DNA of 42,422 nt from Octopus bimaculoides (GCF_001194135.2 NC_068997.1:51162193-51204614); one strand, 5' to 3'. Shown: positions 25,201 to 35,052, counted from the first letter of the stretch. The notes: a model not told the origin generated them from the sequence alone. Translations and numbers: made by a program.

Positions 25201-25258
25201 ATTTGCCACACGGATGGGAAATGAAGATTTCAGAGGACGGCACCGTTTATTATGTCGA
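25201..25258 (+). CDS. WWOX: WWOX internal coding exon (equivalent to human exon 3), first half of WW domain 2
   Basis: ttgcattctAG|ATTTGCCA...TATGTCGA|GTaagt. It translates (D)LPHGWEMKISEDGTVYYV(D), similar to human WW2 [20 protein letters not shown]. It is 58 nt, phase 1 to 2, and joins the next exon in frame (GA+T=Asp). Absent from the ORF track. Confidence 0.95.
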
Positions 25259-25306
25259 GTAAGTTGGCTTTGTGGAAACACATTCATAAATATGTTTGCA
25301 TAGCAC

Positions 25307-26240
25307 TCTCTCTCTCTCTCCTCTGCTCTCTCTCTCCCCTGCTCTCTCTCTCCCCTGCTCTCTCTCTCCCCTGCTCTCTCTCTCCCCTGCTCTCTCTNNN
25401 NNNNNNNNNNNNNNNNNNNNNNNNNNNNNNNNNNNNNNNNNNNNNNNNNNNNNNNNNNNNNNNNNNNNNNNNNNNNNNNNNNNNNNNNNNNNNNNNNNNN
25501 NNNNNNNNNNNNNNNNNNNNNNNNNNNNNNNNNNNNNNNNNNNNNNNNNNNNNNNNNNNNNNNNNNNNNNNNNNNNNNNNNNNNNNNNNNNNNNNNNNNN
25601 NNNNNNNNNNNNNNNNNNNNNNNNNNNNNNNNNNNNNNNNNNNNNNNNNNNNNNNNNNNNNNNNNNNNNNNNNNNNNNNNNNNNNNNNNNNNNNNNNNNN
25701 NNNNNNNNNNNNNNNNNNNNNNNNNNNNNNNNNNNNNNNNNNNNNNNNNNNNNNNNNNNNNNNNNNNNNNNNNNNNNNNNNNNNNNNNNNNNNNNNNNNN
25801 NNNNNNNNNNNNNNNNNNNNNNNNNNNNNNNNNNNNNNNNNNNNNNNNNNNNNNNNNNNNNNNNNNNNNNNNNNNNNNNNNNNNNNNNNNNNNNNNNNNN
25901 NNNNNNNNNNNNNNNNNNNNNNNNNNNNNNNNNNNNNNNNNNNNNNNNNNNNNNNNNNNNNNNNNNNNNNNNNNNNNNNNNNNNNNNNNNNNNNNNNNNN
26001 NNNNNNNNNNNNNNNNNNNNNNNNNNNNNNNNNNNNNNNNNNNNNNNNNNNNNNNNNNNNNNNNNNNNNNNNNNNNNNNNNNNNNNNNNNNNNNNNNNNN
26101 NNNNNNNNNNNNNNNNNNNNNNNNNNNNNNGCTAGCCTCTCTCTCTCTGGTAGCCTCTCTCTCTCTCTGCTAGCCTCTCTCTTTCTCTGCTAGCCTCTCT
26201 CTTTCTCTGCTAGCCTCTCTCTCTCTCTCTCTCTCTCTTC
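25307..26240. repeat. CT-rich minisatellite spanning a 733-N gap (25398-26130)
   Basis: (ctctctctctcccctg)n to the left of the gap and (ctctctctttctctgctagc)n to the right. Confidence 0.9.
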
Positions 26241-26521
26241 TATCCCCCTCTTCCTTTCCCTCTCTCTGCTATTCCCTCTTTTCCTCCCCTTCTGTCCCTG
26301 CTGTTTCTTTCTCCATACCTCCAAGATGAAGTGACATGGATTAGAGTAACTGGCTTCAGTCCAAAGAATATTGGTCCAATCTAATCCATGTGAACCAACT
26401 GGATTTATCCTATTTCTCAAAGTCTATGGCTACAATCATGGTCATGTGATTAAGAAGCTTACTTCACAACTATATGATACCAGGTTCGATCTTACTGTGC
26501 AGCCTTTTAAGCAAACAGCTT

Positions 26522-26650
26522 GTTTGCTTTGTCAAGGTTTCTCTGGCTGGATGCCCTTCCTAACACCAACTGCTTTACAGAGTGTACTGGGTGCCTTATA
26601 TGTGGCACCAGTACAGGTGCCTTTTATGTGGCACCAGCACACATGAGCTC
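26522..26650 (-). mobile_element. RTE tail fragment (family A)
   Basis: ggctggatgcccttcctaacaccaactgctttacagagtgtactgggtgcc. Confidence 0.7.
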
Positions 26651-27399
26651 ACAAGACAAGGATCTCTTGGCCGATAGAGGGAGTGGAACCAAGGAACCAA
26701 ACGGAAGCTAATCTTTGTAGCTTTAATTCATTATTTAGTTTTGAAATTTTAAAATGATGAAACTAAACAATTTTTCATAAACTCCAACTTTAAATGTTTG
26801 AAATATCAAATAAGAATTTTCATCTGAAAATTAAAATTTAGAAATAAAAATAAAATGTTTTATTGATTTACATTTGTGTTTTTAATTATTATTTTCGTTG
26901 TAATTTAATTAAAATTTAAACAATTATCAAGTTTGTTTTCTTTTTAAAATTTATTTGATTTTAGTTTTCTCCTTTACGTAATTTAATTTATGGAAAATGT
27001 GTCAGATTTATTAATTTAAAATTTTAAATTGTAGACAAATGTGGAAAAAACAAAAACAATTAAAAATAACGAAGGTGAAGAGGTAACGATATTTTGCTGA
27101 GATCTATCTTAACCAAAAAGACAAAAAATGGTCTTGTGCACTCCATAGTGAGAAAAATCATCATCATCATCATCATCATCGTTGCCATTATCATCATCAT
27201 CATCATCATTATCATAAATACCATCATCATTATTATCAATAGTGTTGTATTCACTGTTATCACCATCAATATCATCATCATTGTCATCATCATCTTCATT
27301 ATCATCACCATCGTCATTGTCATCATCATCAGTGTCATCGTATTCATTATCATCATCATCATCAAGTGTCATGTTCATCACCATCAATATTATTATCAA

Positions 27400-27600
27400 T
27401 ATTCTTTTCTGCTCTAGGCACAAGGCCTGAAATTTTGGGGGAGGGGGCCAGTTAATTACATTGATCCCAGTATGCAAATGGTACTTAATTTATCGACCCC
27501 CGAAAGGATGAAAGGTGAAGTCGACCTTAGCGGAATTTGAACTCAGAACGTAAAGACAGACAAAATACCACTAAGCATTTCGCCCGGCGTGCTAACATTT
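27400..27600 (-). mobile_element. Well-preserved family B (Nin-like) SINE, 5' tip interrupted
   Basis: The reverse complement reads gttagcacgccgggcgaaatgcttagtgg...gttctgagttcaaattccgctaaggtcgacttcacctttcatcctttcggggtcgataaattaagtacc. Confidence 0.85.
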
Positions 27601-27756
27601 CTGAGTGGTTGGCATTGGGAAGGGCATCCAGCTGTAGAAACACTGCCAGATCAGATTGGAGCCTGGTGCAACCTCCTGGCTTGCCATTCCCCAGTCAAAC
27701 CGTCCGACCCATGCCAGCATGGAAAACAGACGTTAAACGATGATGATGATGATGAT
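27601..27756 (+). mobile_element. RTE tail (family A) abutting the SINE head
   Basis: ctgagtggttggcattgggaagggcatccagc...acgttaaac(gat)n. Confidence 0.85.
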
Positions 27757-27759
27757 ATA

Positions 27760-27826
<67 letters not shown>

Positions 27827-27861
27827 ATATGTGTATGTGTGTATGTGAGTGTGTGTGTGTA

Positions 27862-28010
27862 CAATGAGCTTCCTTGAATTTCTGTCTACCAAATTCATTC
27901 ACAAGTCTTTTGTTGGCCTTAAGCTATAGTAGAAGATACTTGCCCAAGGTGCCACACAGTGAAACTGAACTGAAAACCATGTGATTGGGAAGCAAACTCC
28001 TCACCACAAA
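27862..28010 (-). mobile_element. Family C SINE 5' half
   Basis: gctatagtagaagatacttgcccaaggtgccac...accatgtgattgggaagcaa. Confidence 0.75.
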
Positions 28011-28703
28011 CCCCCCACCCTGTTTATAATTATTATTTTATGATGAATTCTCCTGAGAAACAGTTAAACTCTGAGTGTATCTAATTAGTTACTTCGCTTT
28101 GATTTCACACTCAAATACAGATATTCCATCGCACTTGTGTTACTTATAACTTCTCACATATTCTCGTTTTCCTCTTTTCCTCATAACTTCTCATGTTATA
28201 CACATTAAAAGTTAAGGAACCATGATTAAATTTCCTTTTCTTTGATTAGCAAAGTAACTTTATTAAATTCAATTCAACAATTGAAACTCACCAACTCAAA
28301 GACAGCAACAGGATTTTATTGAAATTCTATTAAGAAAACAAGAAATTATTCACCCTGTGTCTCTCTTTCTCATTAAATCTTCTCTATTATCCATAATTAA
28401 CTTTAAAACAACCAAATAAATTGCAATCAATGTTTATTTTTAAGAATATAAAAAGATTATTAATATGAAATACAAAATGACTCGAGGAAATAAAGAATTG
28501 CTTTTAGTATAATTTTACTAAAAGTTAGCTTAGTCAGAGGTGTGGGTGAGGCTGTGCAGTTTAAAATTTTGTCTCCTAACCATGTGATGTTGAGTTCAAT
28601 CCTTCTGTTTGCCACTCTGGGATAGTGTATGCTGCTTTAGCTCCAGTCTGGCAAAGCTTTGAGAATAAATTTCGTAGATTGAAACATAAAGAAGTGTGCT
28701 ATA

Positions 28704-28940
28704 CATTGGTTCAGGAACGAAATTTGTTTTGAGGATGCAAACCCAGGTCCAAAATATTTTTATGAACAAGGACTTACTTTTTTTTTAAATTATTTTTGTT
28801 TTTTGTTCTTTGAGTAGAAACCTAACTTTGAGCTACAGATCACCTTTTATGCACTTGAGGTGCAAATTTTGATTTTGCACCACCAAAATATTTTGGGAGG
28901 TGTGATGACATCTCCTGTGCCCCCTGTTCCTGGGCCTATG
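28704..28940. mobile_element. hAT-type MITE (237 nt)
   Basis: Terminal inverted repeats CATTGGTTCAGGAAC and GTTCCTGGGCCTATG (12/15 complementary); 8-nt flanks gtgctata and ctgccata (6/8 identical, a likely decayed target-site duplication); internal GGTGCAAA..TTTGCACC. Confidence 0.65.
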
Positions 28941-29545
28941 CTGCCATAATCAGCAAAAGTTACAAAGTAACTCAAGGATTTTGGTTGAATCTGAAATAAT
29001 ATGGTTTGGAAGCAAGGAAGGCTTAAAACAACACATTCCATTTACCAAATTCACTTTAAAGGCATTGGTTTGCTTAAGACAATGCTAAGACTTTCTCTAT
29101 GTACCGTGTCATGGGATTGAACATGAAACCTTGTCATTGTGAAGCTAACTTCTTAACTACAGAACCTAGTCACAAAATCTCTGTTTGGTCATTCTTTAAA
29201 TTCTGTCTGAAAGTCACTAGTGATATTTCAGTTGCTTTTAAATTCAACAAAGAAAATTCTTCAGATATATTCTTCAAAGAACATTGATTGCAAAGAAATA
29301 TTTATCTATTTAAATATTTTTGTTTTTACAAATATCTATTTCTTTATCTTCTGTTGTTTACCAAATTTTGTTGCTTCTGAGTGTAGTTCTATTAGTCTGC
29401 TGTTTTGACTAATTTTGTCTGCTGTTAAAAACAAATATGATAGTGTTTTTATCTTCCTTTTTTTCAATATCTCGAATTGTTCCTGCAAAATCTATCCCTA
29501 ATACTATGTTTTGGTTGAGTGTCCCCATCACTTAATATTTTATAG

Positions 29546-29997
29546 AAAGCTGGCAGAATCGTTAGCATGCTGGGCAAAATGCTTAGTGGCATTTCGTCTG
29601 TCTTTACATTCATCATCATCATCGTTTAATGTTCGTTTTCCATTCTGGCATGAGTTGGACGGTTCGACTGGAGTCTGGAAGCCAGGAGGTTGCACCAGGC
29701 TCCAATCTGATCTGACAAAGTTTCTACAGCTGGATGCCCTTCTTAATGCCAACCATTCTGAGAGTGTGGTAGGTGCTTTTTACATGCCACCGGCACAGGA
29801 GCCAGTCTGGCAGCACTGGCATCATCCACGTTTGGATGGTGCATTTTATGTGCTACCGGCATGGGGAGCCAGTTGGGCAGCACTGGCAACGACCCACGCA
29901 CGAATGGTGCTTATGGCGTGCCACCAGCGTTCTAAGTTCAAATTCCATGGAGGTTGACTTTGCCTTTCATCCTTTTGGGGTTGATAAAATAAGTAAT
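29546..29997 (+). mobile_element. Family B SINE split by an antisense RTE tail (29610-29928)
   Basis: ...gtctgtctttac [att + reverse-complement RTE tail] gttctaagttcaaattcc...; the intact junction tttac|gttctgag is seen in the 27400-27600 copy. Confidence 0.85.
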
Positions 29998-30017
29998 AAA
30001 TATATTACTCTCCCAAG

Positions 30018-30415
30018 TATTTAGTGAAACATACCCTTTAGGGTTTTGCAAAACCTACCCCTAAATATCCCAAACATTGTATTTTGTCGAATGTACCCAT
30101 AATGGTACATTGTAGGAGGTACCCCTGCCATGGTATTTTATGGAATATACTCCTAACTCTGTGTTTTGTGGAATGTACCCATATCACAGTGCTTTGTGGA
30201 ACCTACCTCTAGCTCTGTTTCTGTAGAGCTAACCCCTAATATTATGTTTTGTGGAATGTACTCCTAACACTGATTTGTGGAATGTAGAATCTACCCCAAC
30301 CAAATGATTTTGTAGAACATACCCCTAATAGAGTGTTTTGTGAAATGTATTTATTTCTTAGTGTTTTGTGGACTGTACCCCTAACACAGTGTTTTCCAGA
30401 ACAATTCCCTAAACT
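30018..30415. repeat. Degenerate minisatellite, about 14 units of ~28 nt, consensus near agtgttttgtggaatgtacccctaac
   Basis: Units readable by eye; the array ends about 65 nt before the exon 4 acceptor. Confidence 0.9.
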
Positions 30416-30482
30416 TTGTTGTTTTCTATATTTTTACTCTTGAAATGAATCTGGGAACTCATTCATGTCTTATCTCTTTCAG

Positions 30483-30661
30483 TCACATCAATGAGAAAAC
30501 CACTTTTACAGACCCCAGGCTAGCATTTGCTGAAGAAGTGGTTGATACACCAAATGACTTCCGTCAACGCTTCGATGGTAACTCAACTGGTATGCAAGTG
30601 TTGCAGGGGTTAGATTTCACTGGGAAATACGCCATTGTCACCGGAGCTAACTGTGGCATCG
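30483..30661 (+). CDS. WWOX: WWOX internal coding exon (equivalent to human exon 4), end of WW2, linker and SDR Rossmann motif
   Basis: tctctttcAG|TCACATC...GGCATCG|GTaagt. It translates HINEKTTFTDPRLAFAEEVVDTPNDFRQRFDGNSTGMQVLQGLDFTGKYAIVTGANCGI(G), similar to human HINKRTTYLDPRLAF...[34 protein letters not shown]. It is 179 nt, phase 2 to 1. Confidence 0.97.
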
Positions 30662-30794
30662 GTAAGTCCAATTATTTTTATCTTTATAGATTTTAACCCT
30701 TCAAGTGGGAAATTAATTTTCATGTTGTGTCTGGGAAGAGTCATATTGTCTTAATGACTTATTATCTAACACTCACTGGTTCAATTTCCACTCG

Positions 30795-30960
30795 TTATTA
30801 CCTCTGCCTTAATGAAGGTGGAGGTATTGTTTTCATTCACATTTGTTTGTTAGTCTGTCCTTGGACAAGATATCTCAAGAACCATTGGATGGATTTGGTT
30901 GAAACTTTCAGGGGTGTTTGGCCTTGTGACTGGCACGAACTGATTCTGGATTATTTTTGA
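30795..30960 (+). mobile_element. Helentron-associated (HINE/DINE-1-like) non-autonomous fragment
   Basis: ttatt ACCTCTGCCTT aatg AAGGTGGAGGT hairpin, short tttg/gtct repeat, then gatatctcaagaaccattggatggatttggttgaaacttt. The family call rests on recalled architecture. Confidence 0.55.
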
Positions 30961-30978
30961 GAGCAGTTGTTATAGTTG

Positions 30979-31185
30979 GAGTCAAACACAGGTGTTATTC
31001 GAACCATTTATACTTCCAGCATATGTTTCGAAGAAAGCACTGAGATTATTCCGGAGGGAATAGAAATGATGTAAGACAATGCTATCAGCTCGTCAGGAAA
31101 AAAAGAGAAACAAAACACATTAGTAAGCCATTTTAACCAAATGTGATTACTGTGTAATGGTTTGAATTACACCTGCGTTTGACTC
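30979..31185. repeat. Foldback/MITE-like element with 30-nt inverted arms
   Basis: 30979-31008 and 31156-31185 are complementary at 27/30 positions. Confidence 0.85.
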
Positions 31186-31208
31186 TATTTCTTAATCTAT
31201 ATATATAT

Positions 31209-31594
31209 NNNNNNNNNNNNNNNNNNNNNNNNNNNNNNNNNNNNNNNNNNNNNNNNNNNNNNNNNNNNNNNNNNNNNNNNNNNNNNNNNNNNNNNNNNNN
31301 NNNNNNNNNNNNNNNNNNNNNNNNNNNNNNNNNNNNNNNNNNNNNNNNNNNNNNNNNNNNNNNNNNNNNNNNNNNNNNNNNNNNNNNNNNNNNNNNNNNN
31401 NNNNNNNNNNNNNNNNNNNNNNNNNNNNNNNNNNNNNNNNNNNNNNNNNNNNNNNNNNNNNNNNNNNNNNNNNNNNNNNNNNNNNNNNNNNNNNNNNNNN
31501 NNNNNNNNNNNNNNNNNNNNNNNNNNNNNNNNNNNNNNNNNNNNNNNNNNNNNNNNNNNNNNNNNNNNNNNNNNNNNNNNNNNNNNNNNNNNNN
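31209..31594. other. Assembly gap (386 N)
   Basis: N run. Confidence 1.
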
Positions 31595-32194
31595 CAAAAC
31601 ACCATATCTGTCCAGTGGTGCCCCTGTCGGATTCCCTGACATGTTTCTAGCTCTTTAGAAGCTTTTCTTTTAAGTATATTATACCGAAGAAACAACTATA
31701 TCTGACATTCAGTCTTTTTCATCAAGGATTTTTCTTGTTTTTTCTTAATCCTTCAAGTTTAGTTTGAAGCAATAGAGTTCCTAAATCCATTAGTTCCTTG
31801 ATGTTGCAAGACACTCATTGTCTCTTCATCAGAGTGAAGTAATGGTTACAACAATGTGATTTTCTGTAGATCACAAATACCCAAAGGAATATTCTCATAA
31901 CTTTTAAGTCATTAGCATTGATAACATTTCATTGACATTCTCATGTTGTTAACATTTATAATTTGTTCATTGACATAACCGCCATATTCAATAAATTTTT
32001 CTATTTAATGGGATATCTAGTGACTACTCTATCTTCCGCACTTATGTGTTTCACTACAACTTTAACATTATATGCATTTGAGATGGTTTTCTAAAGTGCC
32101 AAACCATTCAGAAACTTTTCCATCATTTTCCTCTTCGACTTCCTCTTTTCTTTGGATTGTTGCATGCAAATATACCTATTGGTTATGTTGGTGT

Positions 32195-33420
32195 TAAAAT
32201 TTTGATGGGGAGGGTGATAAAGATGATGGAGGGGAGGTCACAGATGGAGGTACGAGAAGCTGAGTCTAAGAGAGAATATGAAATCTGGATCATGAGAGAA
32301 AGAAAGGGTGGGTGATTCTAAAAGACTTTGGGAAGAGAATGACAGACAGGGAGCAATTGCGCAAGAAGTGGACGTAGTGAGTGACGAGTGATGAAAGAGT
32401 GGTTGATTGTAAATATAGAACTGTGTTATTTAAAATTTATTAATAAGAGTAGAAATTGATATTAATCAATTAAAACCAGTGGTCTAGCATATTAAAAAAA
32501 TCCGAAGATTAAAATTATATTACATACAAAAATTTAGCGTGAGAACATATTTTTCGTGGTTAGATGATTTAGCATCTATTTCTAGCATATAGGAGTCCAC
32601 TTTTGCTGGTCATTCCTCTTATTTTTGTATAGAACTGTGTTATGTAAATATGAGGTTGGAGGGGGAAGGTTAGAGGGATAGAAGTGGCTCAGAAAGGTAG
32701 AGGTGATGAACAGTGGCAGAGGAGGTGCAGTAAGCAGCTGTGTTGTACATATGTGAATAGATGAGAGAATAGGGAGTTGATGTGAAGCGTGTGCCAGTGG
32801 AAGGAGTGGGGAGGTGAAGAACTGTGGAAGTGATGGGAGTTAGAGGTACATAAGGGTGGCTGTAGTGAGTTGGGTGACAAAGATGGAGGGGTGTCGATGG
32901 TAGATATGAGAAGGGGATTGAGAATGGTAGCAGGTTGGAGAAGTGTTAAACATCAGGTATGGCAAACCCGAGATGTAACTGAAAGGGCAGGTGGAATAGG
33001 GGGGGGGGTGAAGATTATTGAAAGGCACAGAAAGAGGAGGAAAGTAGTAGGGACAGGGATGATAATGAGAATAATGTAACTAATAGAGCCAAAAGTGTGT
33101 GTTTTGGGGGCCCTCTCGAATGATATCAGTAGCTGAGTAGTACCATTGTTAGGAGAGTGATGGTGGGATGGTGGTTAGGAAGATGAGATGCGTTTAGTCG
33201 GGGATAAGGCTTATGCGGGCAAAGTGGGTGTAGGGAATGTCATGGATGGGAATAACTATAAAACTTTTTTAATACCTCATGCTTATTGCGATGGATGGGT
33301 CTTCTTGAGCTCAGCAAGTCGCCAATCATTTTTGTCCCTTGTTATCTCCTCAGTGAGGCTCGACAACTTGAGATCAAACCTCATCACTGTCTCATGTCTT
33401 TCTGGGTCTCCCTCTTCCAT
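32195..33420 (-). mobile_element. RTE LINE 3' portion: ORF C-terminus and long pyrimidine-rich UTR, with an AT-rich insert at 32414-32643
   Basis: Minus strand 33420-33283 reads GRGRPRKT(frameshift)VMRFDLKLSSLTEEITRDKNDWRLAELKKTHPSQ*, a typical RTE C-terminus. The UTR extent is approximate. Confidence 0.75.
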
Positions 33421-34269
33421 AAGTTTCACTCACTTTAAGCAAATGGCACTTCTTTGTATGGCACGACAAAACCGTCGTGCATACATACGTATATACATAC
33501 ATGCATACATATGCATATATGCATGCTTCAAAAAACAATTTATCATTTATACATCATTTTCATATATATATTTATATATATGTAATACAAAGAATATATA
33601 TGCATGTATACACACATATATGTACATACTTACATCTACATGCATATATATATATATATATATCTATACAGAGAGAGAGAGATGTGTCTGTAAAGAAGTA
33701 TACATATTTGTGTATGTATATGCATGTATATGCATGTATATATATATACACACACATGCCATACACACATTTGCAGGCAATAAATATTAAAACACTTTAA
33801 CAAAAGTTATCTGTTGACTTCATAATCTCAACGCAGAAATGTACAGGATTTTAAACTGCAAAAGACGGTCGACAGTCTGGAGCTGACATCTGTGATGTAT
33901 GAACACCTTGTGGTGGTGGTGATGGAGGTGGTGGTGGTGTTTGTAACTACTCAGGCATGAAACCACATTAAATCTGCTTATTTGAGGAAATACCAAAGTT
34001 GTACTCTCCATCATCATCATCATCATCGTCATCATCGTCATCATTGTTGTTGTTGTTACTGTTGCTGTTCATATCTATTGTTTTGTGAGAAGAATATGAA
34101 GTGTTTTTTTCGTCTTGATTTTCTACATTTTTTCAGCAATAGAGGTGCAGCCATTTTCTATAAACGTCTTACTTACAGCCAGTCCCGTCTTGTCTTCTAA
34201 TCTATCCATCCATCTAACCATTCTGTTGGTGCCTCTGTGTGTATGTGTGTGGGGCGGGGGACGTGTCCA

Positions 34270-34378
34270 TGTATCTTTCTTTCTTCTTTCCTTTCTTTCT
34301 TTCTTTCTTCCTTCTTTCCTTTCTTTCTTCCCTCTTTCTTTCTCTCCTCATTCCTTTCTTTCCTCATTCTTCCACCCT

Positions 34379-34422
<44 letters not shown>

Positions 34423-34810
34423 CTCCTTTTTCCTTCCTTCCTTTTTGTTTCTTCCTCTCTCATTCCTTTCTTTCTGTCTTTATTCATTCTTCCTTCCTTC
34501 CTTTCTCTCTGTTTCTCTGTTCTTTCCCTTTTTCTTTCCTTACTTTCTGTTTCTTTCCCCTCTCATTCTTTTCTCATTCTTCATCCTTCCTTCTTTCCTT
34601 CCTTCCTTCCTTATTTATTTTCTATTCTCTCTCTGTTTCTCTATTCTTCTTTTTCTTTCCTTCTTTCTTCCTTTTGTTCTTTCTTCCTTTTGTTCTTCCT
34701 TTTGTTCTTTCTTCCTTTTGTTCTTTCTTTCTTCCTTTTGCTTTCTTTTTCTTTCTCTCTTCCCTTTTTCCATTGATTGATTGATTCCTTTCTTTCTTTC
34801 TTTTCTTTCT
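34270..34810. repeat. Homopyrimidine (CT/CTT/CTTT) low-complexity tract
   Basis: Directly visible; source of the Phe/Leu/Ser pseudo-ORFs. Confidence 0.95.
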
Positions 34811-34864
34811 TCACAATCCCATCCACCCATTCTATTGGTGTCCATGCATGTCTTTGTAGCATGC

Positions 34865-34932
<68 letters not shown>

Positions 34933-35015
34933 ATATCTATACACAATAAATCTGTAAATAACCATTATTTATTAACATTACACACATACACACAAAAAAA
35001 TTATATATGTATGTA

Positions 35016-35052
<37 letters not shown>

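Larger units (their letters stand above)
25259..30482 (+). other. WWOX: WWOX intron (GT-AG, phase 2), 5224 nt including one 733-N gap
   Basis: Bounded by GTAAGT at 25259 and TTTCAG at 30482 between the two in-frame exons. Confidence 0.9.

Noticed and set aside
3068-29608. tRNA-like A/B boxes at several positions
   Set aside because: All are SINE heads continuing into shared SINE bodies; no cloverleaf or terminator, so they are not called tRNA genes.
31595-32170. Minus-strand basic patch KEKRKSKRKMMEKFL, reminiscent of hAT-transposase N-termini
   Set aside because: Too short, stops in all frames, and no catalytic or zinc-finger motif seen.
34136-34200. Strong acceptor ttttttcAG about 3.5 kb after exon 4
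   Set aside because: In the required phase it reads AIEVQPFSINVLL... into low-complexity sequence; it is not WWOX-like and has no donor.
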